Assembly (NCBI GenBank): GCA_039190005.1
Contig: JBCCYM010000002.1
Span: 10,285 to 74,284 of the forward strand
Source of the DNA: Pseudomonadota bacterium
Lineage (GTDB): Bacteria; Pseudomonadota; Gammaproteobacteria; UBA12402
Direction of reading: 5' to 3'
DNA length: 64,000 nucleotides
Part shown: piece after piece, positions 11,324 to 21,848 of the stretch
Layout: each line of letters starts with the position of its first letter
Numbering within the stretch: the stretch's first letter is position 1
Notes under the pieces: generated by a model
The model's database searches: none
Seen by the model: the letters and a program-made list of their open reading frames with translations, nothing else
What the model was told of the DNA's origin: nothing
Made by a program: the position numbers and the translations under genes

Positions 11324-12124
11324 ATGAACGAAAACATTGATACTGCTGTTATAGACGAAAACGCTGTGATTATTTATGAGCAGCCGCTGGATGAATTAAT
11401 TCGGGTATGTTTGCGTTTGGAATATCTTTTTCAACAGATGGATCATTTGCTGCAATCCACTGATTTAACGCAGCGGTGGGAAGTTGCCATCAGCTACTTA
11501 ATCGCTATATTGCATATCGCTGATCGCCCCGATCTCAAATCAAAAATTACCAAAAAATTGAATGACTACAGCAGCTATTTTGCCCAGTTGGCCACTAAAC
11601 CAAATATTGACAAGATAAAACTCAATACAATCTTACAACAGTTTCGCCTATTAAGTGAATTTTATCTCAAGGCGCCAGGAAAAATGGCGCAAACATTAAA
11701 AAATGATCCGTTTATGGATCGTATTTATCGTCGCCTGAGTAATTTAAGCGATTACGCCATAGACACGCCCATTTATAGCTATTGGCGAGCGCAATCATCG
11801 GAGTTCAAAGAAGCCTATATTTGTCGCTGTCTCGACCAACTGCTTAAATTGCGCGAGACAATTGATTTGTTATTACAAGTTAATCGTGATAGTGGTGAGT
11901 TTGTTAAGGTGCAGGCAAAGAACGGTTTTTATCATCAAAACTTCAGTTCAAGCTGGAATTTACAATTATTGCGTATTGCCATACCACGTCGTTATAAGCT
12001 TTATCCGGAGGTGAGCGCCGGTAAACATCGTATGAGCGCCAGATTCTTGTTGGCGGATTTATCACAACCTGGTAGTCAATCGTCTGATGATGTCAGTTTT
12101 TATATCAGCTGTTGCGCGATTTGA
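11324..12124 (+). CDS. zapD: cell division protein ZapD (YacF)
   Basis: The N-terminus IIYEQPLDELIRVCLRLEYLFQQM resembles E. coli ZapD [24 protein letters not shown]. The C-terminus GFYHQNF...YPEVSAGKHRMSARF resembles GFYQDN...YPQISGHKSRFAIRF. The track ORF starts earlier, at 11258. Confidence 0.8.
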   Translation: MNENIDTAVIDENAVIIYEQPLDELIRVCLRLEYLFQQMDHLLQSTDLTQRWEVAISYLIAILHIADRPDLKSKITKKLNDYSSYFAQLATKPNIDKIKLNTILQQFRLLSEFYLKAPGKMAQTLKNDPFMDRIYRRLSNLSDYAIDTPIYSYWRAQSSEFKEAYICRCLDQLLKLRETIDLLLQVNRDSGEFVKVQAKNGFYHQNFSSSWNLQLLRIAIPRRYKLYPEVSAGKHRMSARFLLADLSQPGSQSSDDVSFYISCCAI

Positions 12125-12143
12125 TTGGAACGCGGTTGATCCA

Positions 12144-13370
12144 TCAATTTTGTGGCGCTTTAGTTTTATGGCAGCTAAAGATTATTATCGCGAGTAAGAA
12201 AAATATTCCAACTAATATATACGGCGCGGTGAATCCAGCTTTTAAGGCGTAGCCACCTAAAATTGGACCCACACCCCAAGTTAACGCGAAAATTGATCCA
12301 GTAACCCCCATAATTTGTCCTTGCTGTTGCGCACTGACTTGCCCTGACAGTAATGTCACGGTAGAAACATAAGTAAAGGGCACGGCGATGGTTAGTATAA
12401 TATAGATCCAGGGCGTGGTCGAATTATGGACTGTTGGAAATAATATATTGCAGATAAATAGCACAACCAATCCTGTAAAAATAATTTTTGTTAGTGGGAT
12501 TTTCGCGGTGGCTTTAGGCATAACAAATAAAATAACAATCGCGTAGAGTGCGCCTATATAAGCAATAAAGTAGCCAACATTAGAACCCGTCCAACCCAGG
12601 CGCTCAGTAAGTAACACTGGCATGGTAGAGAAAAAGATTCCCCAGCCAAAGAGAAAACATAATAACACGCCACAATAGTGTACGGTTTGTTTATTGGTAA
12701 AAGCGTGGTAAATATTATTAAAGCTGGTGAAAATATTAATCTTTACAGTTTTGTCGCCAACAAATGTTTCTTTGAAAAAAAGCAGCAAGAAAAATCCAAT
12801 AAGGCCCATGATGGCACTGACATAAAATGGTGTTTGGAAGCCAATAATATTGCCAAAGATGGCTTTATCCATGAAAAATCCACCGATGACAGGACCTAAA
12901 ATAAATCCGAGGACATTGCCTAAAACAACCAAGCCTAAGCGGGAAGCTTTTTGTTCCTCAGTGCTAATATCGATAATGCCAGCTTGCGCGATGGGGATAC
13001 TGCCAGCCGTCGCGCCCGCGACACTGCGTCCGATCAGTAAGACCGTATAACTGTGCATCGGAATAGCTAACGCGCTTATAAAGAAACCAAGCGCGTTGCC
13101 GAGCATTGACACAATTAAAATAATTTTTCTGCCATATTTATCAGAGAGACTGCCTAGAACGGGAGACATTAAAAACATGAAAATACAATAAATACTCAAG
13201 GCGAGTTCATACAAAAGATTTCTTGACGCTAAGCTGGTGGTGACGCTAAGCATGTGAGCAGAATTTTTTAATATGACCGGGTCTAATACCGGGAAAGCGA
13301 CACCCCAACCGAGCGCGTCAATCATGATCGCCATGAACAAGACAAAGATGGTATATTTTTGTTTTTGCAT
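12144..13370 (-). CDS. MFS transporter (12 TMS, DHA1-like)
   Basis: A 408-aa polytopic protein. The GRKIILIVSMLGNALG loop motif is typical of the major facilitator superfamily. Confidence 0.8.
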   Translation of the reverse strand: MQKQKYTIFVLFMAIMIDALGWGVAFPVLDPVILKNSAHMLSVTTSLASRNLLYELALSIYCIFMFLMSPVLGSLSDKYGRKIILIVSMLGNALGFFISALAIPMHSYTVLLIGRSVAGATAGSIPIAQAGIIDISTEEQKASRLGLVVLGNVLGFILGPVIGGFFMDKAIFGNIIGFQTPFYVSAIMGLIGFFLLLFFKETFVGDKTVKINIFTSFNNIYHAFTNKQTVHYCGVLLCFLFGWGIFFSTMPVLLTERLGWTGSNVGYFIAYIGALYAIVILFVMPKATAKIPLTKIIFTGLVVLFICNILFPTVHNSTTPWIYIILTIAVPFTYVSTVTLLSGQVSAQQQGQIMGVTGSIFALTWGVGPILGGYALKAGFTAPYILVGIFFLLAIIIFSCHKTKAPQN

Positions 13371-13476
13371 AGTTAAACGCCTAGTATCCTAATTCCTGTA
13401 AGAATTTTTCTATAATGGCCTGAGAAAACGCAATATAATAAGGTTACAATAATGCTAGCACAAAATTGACACCACT

Positions 13477-13497
13477 ACTAGAACTATATATTCTAGT
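13477..13497. promoter_or_regulatory. Palindrome actagaaCTATATAttctagt in the divergent promoter region between the two MFS genes
   Basis: A 7-bp perfect inverted repeat around an AT-rich spacer. It is located 75 bp upstream of the 13572 start. Confidence 0.3.
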
Positions 13498-13571
13498 CAG
13501 GTAACTGTCAAATTAAAGCAAATTGCCGGGATCAAATGACTAAATAATAATGACGATAAGAGGCATTTAAC

Positions 13572-14861
13572 ATGACACCGCCGGAACAGAACCAAAAATT
13601 TAAAGCGACACCTTTCCAGATTTTCTGCTGGTGTGTTTTTGATTGGGCGCATTCCCCTTTTTTTAGTGTTATTATTACCTTTGTTTTCAGTAATTATTTT
13701 GTTCGCGCGGTAGCGCCTTCGGTAACGACTGGTACAATGTACTGGGGGTGGGCTATCGGCATTGGCGGTGTATTAACCGCGTTATTGTCACCAGTTATTG
13801 GCGCGATTGCTGATTATACCGGCAGTCGTAAAATTTGGTTAAGTGGTTTTTGCGCGGTCGCGACTATCTCAACCGCGCTGCTGTGGTTTACTTATCCGCA
13901 TACCCATTGGATACTGTGGGGATTAACTTTTGTCGTCATCGCTCAGATTTGCTTTGAATTAGCGCAATTATTTTATAACGCTATTATGGCCGCCATTACA
14001 CCTTCCGCTTGGATGGGAAGAGTTTCCGGTTGGGGTTGGGGACTGGGTTATATTGGTGGCATCTTTTGTCTGGTGATCGCCTTGTTTGTCTGCATCAAAA
14101 TGTTGCCGCATGAAAATTCGGCTAATGTGCGTAGTGTGGCATTACTGGTTGCCGCGTGGTTTTTGATATTTTCCTTACCTTTAATGATCTTTACCCCGGA
14201 TCGTCAGCTGCAAGCAAGTATGCCGATACTGAAAGCATGCCGTAATGGTCTCGGCGAATTATGGACAACATTTCAACACGCGCGACATTATCAAGGGATT
14301 TTATTATTTTTATTAGCGCATCTCATCTACACCGATGGCTTGAACACGCTTTTTTCAGTGGGCGGCACATTTGCTGGTGGGACATTTAATATGTCTTTCG
14401 AGCGGATTTTATTATTCGCGATCACCTTGAATGTGACTGCTGGCATAGGCGCGATGCTATTCGCCTGGGTTGACGATTATATCAGTTCTAAATTTACGAT
14501 AATTGTGTCGCTTATTGGGCTTATTGTTTGTGGTATGGCGATTCTATTTACTTATGATGTCTTATGGTTTTGGATTTTTTCATGTGTTTTGGGCATTTTT
14601 GTTGGGCCAACTCAGGCGGCTAGTCGCAGTTATATGGCGCATATTTCACCACCGAATTTATATAACCAGATGTTTGGTCTGTACAATTTTTCTGGCAAGA
14701 TATCGAGTTTTTCCGGGCCATTTATTTTCGCGATATTGACAGGCATGTTTCATTCACAACGGGCCGGTATGTCGAGTATCGTCATATTATTAGTCGTCGG
14801 GTTATTGATATTATTTTTCGCGGTGCCAAATGCTAAGAGAGCGGTATCTGCTGTGAGTTGA
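13572..14861 (+). CDS. MFS transporter, UMF1-like family
   Basis: A 429-aa protein with about 12 predicted hydrophobic helices. The N-terminus FQIFCWCVFDWAHSPFFSVIITFVFSNYF is typical of UMF1/Atg22-like MFS transporters. Confidence 0.75.
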   Translation: MTPPEQNQKFKATPFQIFCWCVFDWAHSPFFSVIITFVFSNYFVRAVAPSVTTGTMYWGWAIGIGGVLTALLSPVIGAIADYTGSRKIWLSGFCAVATISTALLWFTYPHTHWILWGLTFVVIAQICFELAQLFYNAIMAAITPSAWMGRVSGWGWGLGYIGGIFCLVIALFVCIKMLPHENSANVRSVALLVAAWFLIFSLPLMIFTPDRQLQASMPILKACRNGLGELWTTFQHARHYQGILLFLLAHLIYTDGLNTLFSVGGTFAGGTFNMSFERILLFAITLNVTAGIGAMLFAWVDDYISSKFTIIVSLIGLIVCGMAILFTYDVLWFWIFSCVLGIFVGPTQAASRSYMAHISPPNLYNQMFGLYNFSGKISSFSGPFIFAILTGMFHSQRAGMSSIVILLVVGLLILFFAVPNAKRAVSAVS

Positions 14862-14871
14862 TTTCAGTCGT

Positions 14872-15630
14872 ATGAAAAATAAAACCATTAATAAAAGTGT
14901 TGCTATTCTGTTAACCGGTGATGAATTGGTCAATGGCGAGATTATTGATAATAATGGCCACCAAATTGCCCGTTATCTTTTCGATCATGCGATTGCTAAT
15001 GGCATGCGCTTAAACTGTTCGGATGATCAAGAGGCGCTTGAGTTGTCCATGCGCTTTTTACTGCGGCATCATCAGGCCTTAATTACAACCGGTGGCTTGG
15101 GTCCCACTTCAGATGATCGCACGCGTTTTGCCTTAGCCAATATTACCGGACAGACACTCCGTTTTGACGAAGAAAGCTGGCAACGTATTACCGAGCGTTT
15201 ACATAAAGTCCGAGTCAGTCCGATTGGCACCAATAAACAGCAAGCCCTTTTCCCTGAATCGGCGCGTGTTATTCCCAATTTTCAAGGCACGGCTTCTGCT
15301 TGTGAATTGCGATATCAGGATAAATTGATTTTTATGTTGCCTGGTCCGCCAGCTGAATGTATGCCTATTTTTGAGTCTGAAGTCTTGCCGCGCCTGATTG
15401 AGGAAGGGTTTTGTTGTGATCTTTATCGGGAGAAGTGGCAACTCACAGGTATTGGCGAGGGCAATATTGCCGCGCAGCTTGATCCGCTACTCGAGCAATA
15501 TGATTTCATTCTCGGCTACCGTGCTCACAAACCCTATATCGACCTCAAAATTACTTGTGATGACGCGCAAGTTTTTAAGGCTGTCAAAGCAAAAATTGAA
15601 GCGTTAATAAAGCCTTATAAAGTCAATTAA
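14872..15630 (+). CDS. CinA-like molybdopterin-binding (MoCF-biosynthesis) domain protein, N-terminal domain only
   Basis: VAILLTGDELVNGEIIDNNG and TTGGLGPTSDDRT are signature motifs of the MogA/MoaB/CinA N-domain fold. Length is 252 aa. Confidence 0.6.
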   Translation: MKNKTINKSVAILLTGDELVNGEIIDNNGHQIARYLFDHAIANGMRLNCSDDQEALELSMRFLLRHHQALITTGGLGPTSDDRTRFALANITGQTLRFDEESWQRITERLHKVRVSPIGTNKQQALFPESARVIPNFQGTASACELRYQDKLIFMLPGPPAECMPIFESEVLPRLIEEGFCCDLYREKWQLTGIGEGNIAAQLDPLLEQYDFILGYRAHKPYIDLKITCDDAQVFKAVKAKIEALIKPYKVN

Positions 15631-15657
15631 AGTTAATTTAAATCTAAAAACCGCAGT

Positions 15658-15746
15658 GGTCCCTGAGCCTGCTTGCCCTGAGCCTGTCGAAGGGTCGAAG
15701 GGTCGAAGGGTCGAAGGCTCGAGGGGGTAAAAGTGTCGAAGGGTTA
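15658..15746. repeat. Family A repeat copy in the opposite orientation (ggtccctgagcctgcttgccctgagcctgtcgaagg), with three and a half gtcgaagg sub-repeats
   Basis: An exact reverse complement of the 9256/11011 copies. It lies in the gap before birA. Confidence 0.9.
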
Positions 15747-15792
15747 CACTCTGGTTTTGCTAATAACTACAGTTTTGGGTTAAACTTATTTA

Positions 15793-16776
15793 GTGATGAA
15801 GCCATTAAATCAAAATTTAGTCGCGATTACTGAGATACTCAGTGATGGTCAGTACCATGATGGTACTTCAATTGGTAAACGCTTGAATATTACCCGAGCC
15901 GCGGTTTGGAAACTGATAAAAAAACTTGAACAGTACGCCGTGCCATTGACTTCTGTTAAAGGGAAAGGGTATCGGCTTGAATCGCCATGTATTTTATTAA
16001 CGCCTGACAAGATAAAAGCCAAATTGCGCCATCGTTTATCGCGCTTGGATATTGTTGAAAAAATAGATTCAACGAATGATTATCTTAAGCCATTTGCCGC
16101 TCAGAACCAAAGCATTATCACTTGTATTGCCGAGACACAAACACAGGGAAAAGGTCGATTGCATCGGCAATGGCATTCACCATTTGCCGAAAACATCTAT
16201 CTTTCAATGTGCTGTCCTTTTGAAAAAGATATCGGTGAATTATCGGGATTAAGTTTGGTAGTGAGTTTAGCCATTTGTGATGCGATTGAGTCTGCCATTA
16301 ATTTGAAAGCGCAAACGCTAAAGGTAAAATGGCCTAATGATGTTTTAATAGATTATCATAAACTGGCGGGTGTTCTCATCGAAATACAGGCGGAGTCTAA
16401 TGGTTTTTGTCAGGTGATTATTGGCGCGGGTATTAATGTGAACATGAATAAGGTGCTGGCACAAAATATTGGTCAAGCTTGGTCTTCTCTGGCAAAAATT
16501 ACTGGTAATTATATTGATAGAAATCATTTGTCCGCGGCGATAATTGATACGCTCATTGATTATTTAGAACGGTTTTCCTCAAAAGGTTTGGCATATTTCA
16601 CCAGTGCCTGGCAAAAAAGAGATTGCTTGGCTAAACGTGCTATTTCAGTGCTGTCCGGTAATAAGAAAATAGCAGGCACTTGTATTGGGATTAATGAGCA
16701 AGGACAATTGCTGCTCAAAACAAAACAAAACAAAGTGTTAAGTTTATCCTCAGGGGATACCACATTGCTCAAGTAA
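15793..16776 (+). CDS. birA: bifunctional biotin-[acetyl-CoA-carboxylase] ligase / biotin operon repressor
   Basis: N-terminal HTH (GTSIGKRLNITRAAVWKLIKKLE). The QTQGKGRLHRQWHSP motif is the biotin-binding GRGRRG-type loop. Length is 327 aa. Confidence 0.9.
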   Translation: MMKPLNQNLVAITEILSDGQYHDGTSIGKRLNITRAAVWKLIKKLEQYAVPLTSVKGKGYRLESPCILLTPDKIKAKLRHRLSRLDIVEKIDSTNDYLKPFAAQNQSIITCIAETQTQGKGRLHRQWHSPFAENIYLSMCCPFEKDIGELSGLSLVVSLAICDAIESAINLKAQTLKVKWPNDVLIDYHKLAGVLIEIQAESNGFCQVIIGAGINVNMNKVLAQNIGQAWSSLAKITGNYIDRNHLSAAIIDTLIDYLERFSSKGLAYFTSAWQKRDCLAKRAISVLSGNKKIAGTCIGINEQGQLLLKTKQNKVLSLSSGDTTLLK

Positions 16777-16904
16777 GAAATTGCTGGATGGTTTGCGTGT
16801 TGATAGAACCAGGTGATTGACAGTTATACGGCACAATGCCTAAACAAAGCGCTTTAATCCAATGTCGCAATGTTTGTATTTTTTTTGTCCATCTAAAATT
16901 TCCT

Positions 16905-17064
16905 TGTTATTCCCGCGCTTCTTCGAGACCCTTCGACCCTTCGACAGGCTCAGGGCAAGCAGGCTCAGGGACCGCAAGTTCAGGGATCGTTTTTTGAAAT
17001 CCAAAGAACAGGTTACAGACATCAACATTTTTATGCGGGATCCCCGCTTTCGCGGGAATAACAA
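16905..17064. mobile_element. A MITE-like element about 160 bp long. It has 14-bp terminal inverted repeats TTGTTATTCCCGCG that enclose a family A repeat unit and a ggatcc-centred hairpin.
   Basis: The left end is ttgttattcccgcgcttc and the right end is ccgctttcgcgggaataacaa, in perfect inverted orientation. Internally it reads cccttcgacccttcgacaggctcagggcaagcaggctcagggacc. ORFs 16862..17158 and 16907..17116 (PEPACPEPVEGS) are translation artefacts of the repeat. Confidence 0.7.
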
Positions 17065-17090
17065 AAAAAGAAGATGTGAAGAACAGTGTA

Positions 17091-17678
17091 TTACTGATCA
17101 AATTGTCGCGCGACAAATGCCCAGTTCACTAAATTCCAGAACGCTTCAATATATTTAGGACGGGCGTTGCGGTAGTCTATGTAATAGGCGTGTTCCCAAA
17201 CATCACAGGTAAGCAATGGTTTTTTGGCGTCGGTCATCGGATTGCCGGCGTTGCCGGTGCTGACAATTTCTAAGCTACCGTTTTCTGTTTTAACTAACCA
17301 TGCCCAGCCCGAACCAAATGTGCCGGCGGCAGTGGCGCTGAATTTCTGTTTGAATTCCGCGAAAGAATTAAAATGCTTATGAATATTTTCAGCTAAGGCG
17401 CCCTGAGGTTCACCACCGCCATTGGGACTGAGACATTGCCAGTAAAAGCTATGATTCCAGATTTGTGCGGCGTTATTGAATATCGCGCCTTTAGACGCGT
17501 TATCAGTGATAATTTCTTCTAAAGATTTTTTCTCAAAAGCTGAACCGGGAACCAGTTTGTTTAGATTGTCGACATAGGCTTTGTGATGTTTGCCATAATG
17601 AAAATCTAATGTTTCCGCGGAGATATGGGGTTCTAAGGCATTTTTCGCGTAAGGTAAATCAGGCAGTTTGAATGACAT
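17091..17678 (-). CDS. sodB: Fe superoxide dismutase
   Basis: The protein starts MSFKLPDLPYAKNALEPHISAETLDFHYGKHHKAYV, and the C-terminus carries DVWEHAYYIDYRN. The start MSFKL is at 17678; the track ORF is longer. Confidence 0.95.
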   Translation of the reverse strand: MSFKLPDLPYAKNALEPHISAETLDFHYGKHHKAYVDNLNKLVPGSAFEKKSLEEIITDNASKGAIFNNAAQIWNHSFYWQCLSPNGGGEPQGALAENIHKHFNSFAEFKQKFSATAAGTFGSGWAWLVKTENGSLEIVSTGNAGNPMTDAKKPLLTCDVWEHAYYIDYRNARPKYIEAFWNLVNWAFVARQFDQ

Positions 17679-17811
17679 GGTTTTTTCCTCATCTGTTGGT
17701 GTTAAGTACAATGGGTATATTTGTTAATTGTATATAACGAATGTATGGCTAGCAATAGTTTCATCAAGTTTTCTAAAATCTGATTTTTTTCGATGTTTCA
17801 AATCGAAAGAG

Positions 17812-17918
17812 CTCCCTGAGCCTGCGGTCCCTGAGCTTGTGGTCCCTGAGCTTGTCGAAGGGTCGAAGGGTGGTCCCTGAGCCTGCTTGCCCTGAGCCTG
17901 TCGAAGGGTCGAAGGGTC
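17812..17918. repeat. Family A repeat, two tandem units in the ggtccctgag orientation
   Basis: Sequence ctccctgagcctgcggtccctgagcttgtggtccctgagcttgtcgaagggtcgaagggtggtccctgagcctgcttgccctgagcctgtcgaagggtcgaagggtcg. It lies in the divergent sodB/hldE intergenic region. Confidence 0.9.
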
Positions 17919-18016
17919 GTGCTAATGGTGAGTTTGCCAGATTTCAACAGTCCCATGTTGGTATTCTATGATAAAATTGTTACAATTAGCGTTTAGTATA
18001 ACAAGAGAGATCCCTG

Positions 18017-19450
18017 ATGAAGACCAATATACCCGATTTCAGTCAACTGCGTATTCTCGTCGTTGGTGATGTCATGTTGGATCGCTATTGGCATGGGGAC
18101 GCGTCGAGAATTTCGCCAGAGGCGCCGGTGCCGGTTGTTAAAATCGGACAGTGTGAAGATCGCCCCGGTGGCGCGGCGAATGTTGCTTTAAATATTTGCG
18201 CTTTAGGCGCCCACGCTGTGATTATGGGTGTTGTCGGCGATGATGCAGTGGCTGTCGTTCTCAAGCAAAAACTTGAAGCGGCTGGTGTGGCGCATCATTT
18301 GGTTGCGCTTGATAACATGCCAACCATTACCAAATTACGTGTATTAAGCCATCATCAACAATTGTTGCGTATGGATTTTGAGGAATCTTATCATCAATGC
18401 GCTTCAAATTTACTGCTTGAGTATTTCAAAACGACATTATCTGATGACATTGATGCTGTTATTTTCTCTGACTATGATAAAGGGACATTGGTAGATATCG
18501 CGGCAATGATTGATCTGGCTAGAAAAAAATCTATACCGGTTTTTGTTGATCCCAAACAGACAGACATGAATTTGTACTGCGGCGCGACCGTTTTCAAGCC
18601 AAATTTACAGGAATTTTATACCATTGTCGGTCGCTGTGACGACGAAAAAATGTTGATTAATAAAGCGTATCGTTTGCTGGAAACATACGAAATAGACGCC
18701 TTGTTATTGACTCGCGGTGAGCATGGCATCACCTTATTGCGTCAGAATGAGCCGGAGTTTCATTTGCCGGCACGCGCCAAAGAAGTGTTTGATGTCACCG
18801 GTGCCGGGGATACGGTGATCGCGGTTTTAACCGCCGCTGTCGCCGGTGGCCTGCCGTTACACGAGGCGACCCGATTAGCTAATATTGCCGCTAGTATTGC
18901 CGTTAATCGTTTAGGCGCAGCGACAGTTAGTGTGCCTGAGTTAAAAAACGCGTTAAAAAGCAAAGATAGCGATTCACATGGTGAAATGACTGAAGAGCAG
19001 TTATTGATCGCGGTGCGAGAAGCGCGCGCCAAGGGTAAAAAAATTGTGATGACCAATGGCTGTTTTGATTTGCTTCATGCCGGACATGTCCATTATCTTG
19101 AACAAGCTAAAAAATACGGCGATCGTTTAATTGTTGCCGTCAACGCCGATGATTCGGTGCGCCAACTTAAAGGCGACGGGCGCCCTCTCAATACCTTAGA
19201 AAAACGGATGGCCGTACTGTCGGGGCTATCCGCGGTGGATTGGGTAGTGTCTTTTTCCGAATTAACACCAGAGCGACTAATCAGTACGGTATTGCCTGAT
19301 GTGTTGGTCAAAGGTGGTGATTATAAGGGACAAGTGATTGCCGGTGGTGACGCAGTTTTGAAAAATGGTGGTCGCGTTGAATTACTGGATTTTGTTGCCG
19401 GTTGTTCTACCAGTGATCTGATTAAGAAAATGAAAGTAGAGAGAAAGTAA
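18017..19450 (+). CDS. hldE: bifunctional D-beta-D-heptose 7-phosphate kinase / D-beta-D-heptose 1-phosphate adenylyltransferase
   Basis: A 477-aa protein. It has an N-terminal ribokinase-like domain with a GAGD motif and a C-terminal cytidylyltransferase domain ([15 protein letters not shown]). Confidence 0.95.
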   Translation: MKTNIPDFSQLRILVVGDVMLDRYWHGDASRISPEAPVPVVKIGQCEDRPGGAANVALNICALGAHAVIMGVVGDDAVAVVLKQKLEAAGVAHHLVALDNMPTITKLRVLSHHQQLLRMDFEESYHQCASNLLLEYFKTTLSDDIDAVIFSDYDKGTLVDIAAMIDLARKKSIPVFVDPKQTDMNLYCGATVFKPNLQEFYTIVGRCDDEKMLINKAYRLLETYEIDALLLTRGEHGITLLRQNEPEFHLPARAKEVFDVTGAGDTVIAVLTAAVAGGLPLHEATRLANIAASIAVNRLGAATVSVPELKNALKSKDSDSHGEMTEEQLLIAVREARAKGKKIVMTNGCFDLLHAGHVHYLEQAKKYGDRLIVAVNADDSVRQLKGDGRPLNTLEKRMAVLSGLSAVDWVVSFSELTPERLISTVLPDVLVKGGDYKGQVIAGGDAVLKNGGRVELLDFVAGCSTSDLIKKMKVERK

Positions 19451-19451
19451 C

Positions 19452-20399
19452 ATGATTGTGGTTACCGGTGCTGCCGGTTTTATTGGCAGTAATCTGATTA
19501 AATTACTTAACACACTGGGTGAGAAAGACATTATTGCCGTTGATAATTTACAGGATGGAAAAAAATTCAAAAATATTGCTGACTGTGAAATTGCCGATTA
19601 CATTGATAAAGATGATTTCATTAACATGATCGCGGCTAATAAAGCCATATTCAGCAGTAATATAAAAGCAGTGTTTCATCAGGGCGCCTGTTCTAATACC
19701 ACGGAATGGGACGGCCAATTGATGATGGCGCAAAATTATACCTACTCTAAAACCTTGCTGCATTATTGCTTGGCGCAGCGTATTCCTTTTGTATACGCTT
19801 CAAGTGCCGCTGTATATGGCGATAATACTGTTTTTGAAGAGAATCCAGTTTATGAAAAGCCATTGAATATTTACGCCTATTCAAAATTACTGTTTGATCA
19901 GTATGTGCGACGTTTATTACCACGAGCGGAAAGTCAAATAGTCGGTTTGCGTTATTTTAATGTCTATGGTCCACGCGAATGGCATAAAGGAAGCATGGCA
20001 AGTGTCGCTTTTCATCATCAACAGCAGCTGCGAGAGTTGGGCTATGTTAAATTATTTGCTGGCAGTGACGGTTACGCTGATGGCGAACAACAGCGTGATT
20101 TTGTCTATGTCGGTGATGTGGTTGATGTCAATGTATGGTTTTACCAGCATCAGGAGAAAAGCGGTATTTTTAATGTCGGCACAGGTCGCGCGCAAACTTT
20201 TAATGATGTCGCTCATGCCGTGATCAATTGTTATGGTCATGGCAGCGTAAAGTATATTCCTTTTCCTGAGCATTTGCGTGGTTGTTATCAAAGTTTTACC
20301 CAAGCGAATATTGAGCGCTTACGAGCGGCGGGCTACAGTAAAAAATTTCTGACTGTTGCTGAGGGCGTCGCGCAGTATTTTAAAGAAGAACATGCCTGA
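19452..20399 (+). CDS. hldD: ADP-L-glycero-D-manno-heptose 6-epimerase
   Basis: Starts [15 protein letters not shown], a Rossmann fold. It has the YxxxK catalytic motif. Length is 315 aa. Confidence 0.95.
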   Translation: MIVVTGAAGFIGSNLIKLLNTLGEKDIIAVDNLQDGKKFKNIADCEIADYIDKDDFINMIAANKAIFSSNIKAVFHQGACSNTTEWDGQLMMAQNYTYSKTLLHYCLAQRIPFVYASSAAVYGDNTVFEENPVYEKPLNIYAYSKLLFDQYVRRLLPRAESQIVGLRYFNVYGPREWHKGSMASVAFHHQQQLRELGYVKLFAGSDGYADGEQQRDFVYVGDVVDVNVWFYQHQEKSGIFNVGTGRAQTFNDVAHAVINCYGHGSVKYIPFPEHLRGCYQSFTQANIERLRAAGYSKKFLTVAEGVAQYFKEEHA

Positions 20400-21012
20400 A
20401 CAATCAAAAAAATTATATGTGGTTGCCGCGCCTTCCGGTGTGGGGAAAACCAGTCTGGTCAATGCCTTGCTAGCTGAATGTGATGATTTGTATTTGTCAA
20501 TTTCTTATACGACAAGACTGAAACGACAGGGTGAAATCGACGGCAGTGATTATTTCTTTGTTGACCAAAAAAAATTTCAACAGATGATCGCTGACAATGA
20601 TTTTTTGGAATACGCGCGGGTATATGGTAATTATTACGGCACATCATTTGCTTGGGTGACGGATAAATTAAATACGGGGCATCATGTGATCCTGGAAATT
20701 GATTGGCAGGGCGCGCAACAGATACGCCAACGATTTCCCGATGCGGTGATGATATTTTTATTGCCACCTTCAAAAGCGATGTTGCGAGAACGCTTGTACA
20801 AGCGTCAGCAGGATGATGAGGCGTCGATAAATACCAGAATGGAAGGTGTTGCCACTGAGGTTTCACACTGCTATGAATTTGATTATATCTTGGTCAATGA
20901 TGATTTTGATCGTACACTGCAACAATTAAAAGCTATCGTCAATGGCGTTCAATTACCTAAAAGTGATGCTGATATTGAAATTTTGGTGAATACACTTACA
21001 GGGACAAAATGA
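20392..21012 (+). CDS. gmk: guanylate kinase
   Basis: P-loop [10 protein letters not shown], then SYTTR and [15 protein letters not shown], close to E. coli Gmk. The ATG at 20392 overlaps the hldD stop. Confidence 0.9.
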   Translation: MPEQSKKLYVVAAPSGVGKTSLVNALLAECDDLYLSISYTTRLKRQGEIDGSDYFFVDQKKFQQMIADNDFLEYARVYGNYYGTSFAWVTDKLNTGHHVILEIDWQGAQQIRQRFPDAVMIFLLPPSKAMLRERLYKRQQDDEASINTRMEGVATEVSHCYEFDYILVNDDFDRTLQQLKAIVNGVQLPKSDADIEILVNTLTGTK

Positions 21013-21848
21013 CTGTGGATAAAACTGTTGCTAATATCGATTTCCGCGAACTATCCACGCCGCGTATTGCTGGTGATGAACCATTGTTTGATTATTGCAT
21101 GCAGCTTAAAGGCAAGATATTTCGTGATATTAATAACCGTTGTACACTACGTTTTGAGCGGCATGGTAAAGCTTATTTTATTAAACAACACTTTGGGATA
21201 GGTTGGAAAGAATTTTTTAAAAATATAGTTAAGTTGCGCTTGCCTATCGTGAGCGCTAAAACCGAATGGCAGGCGATTCAGTTTTTGAATAAAATTGATA
21301 TTCTTACCATTGAACTTGTCGCTTACGGTGAACGCTATTTTAATCCGGCACACCGGCAGTCTTTTATTGTTTCTAAAGAATTGCAACATTGTGTTAGCCT
21401 TGAAGATTTGTGTCAGGATATGGCATCACTTGCTTTAGAGTTAAGAATAAGGTTGCCGCGTGAAATTGCTCAGGTGACTCGACGGTTGCATCACCATGGT
21501 GTTAATCATCGTGATTGCTATCTTTGCCATCTATGGTTGAACCCGGAAACCTTTGAGCTTTATATTATGGATTTGCATCGGGCGCAAATCAGAAAAACGG
21601 TACCGCGGCGTTGGCTAATTAAAGATATTGGCGCCTTATATTTTTCAGCGCTGGACGCGAATTTGAGTCGTAAAGATGTTTTCCGTTTTTTGCGGGCTTA
21701 TTTTGATTTGCCATTACGTGCTATTTTGTCGCGACATAAATCATTTTTATTAGCTGTACAGAATCGCGCGATAAAGCTATATCAAAAGCTACATCATCGT
21801 ATTCCAGAACAAGCGGTTATCTTGAGGGATCAGTGTCTTGATGTTTGA
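21009..21848 (+). CDS. lipopolysaccharide core kinase, Kdo/WaaP (InaA) family
   Basis: Kdo-kinase-like fold of 279 aa. The catalytic-loop region HHHGVNHRDCYLCH resembles the HxDLHxxN motif of WaaP/KdkA. It is coupled by a 4-nt overlap to gmk upstream. Confidence 0.7.
   Translation: MTVDKTVANIDFRELSTPRIAGDEPLFDYCMQLKGKIFRDINNRCTLRFERHGKAYFIKQHFGIGWKEFFKNIVKLRLPIVSAKTEWQAIQFLNKIDILTIELVAYGERYFNPAHRQSFIVSKELQHCVSLEDLCQDMASLALELRIRLPREIAQVTRRLHHHGVNHRDCYLCHLWLNPETFELYIMDLHRAQIRKTVPRRWLIKDIGALYFSALDANLSRKDVFRFLRAYFDLPLRAILSRHKSFLLAVQNRAIKLYQKLHHRIPEQAVILRDQCLDV

Noticed and set aside
17783-17809. tttcgatgtttcaaatcgaaa palindrome upstream of sodB as a Fur box
   Set aside because: It does not match the GATAATGATAATCATTATC consensus. 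It lies at the edge of a repeat-element insertion, and no supporting evidence is available.
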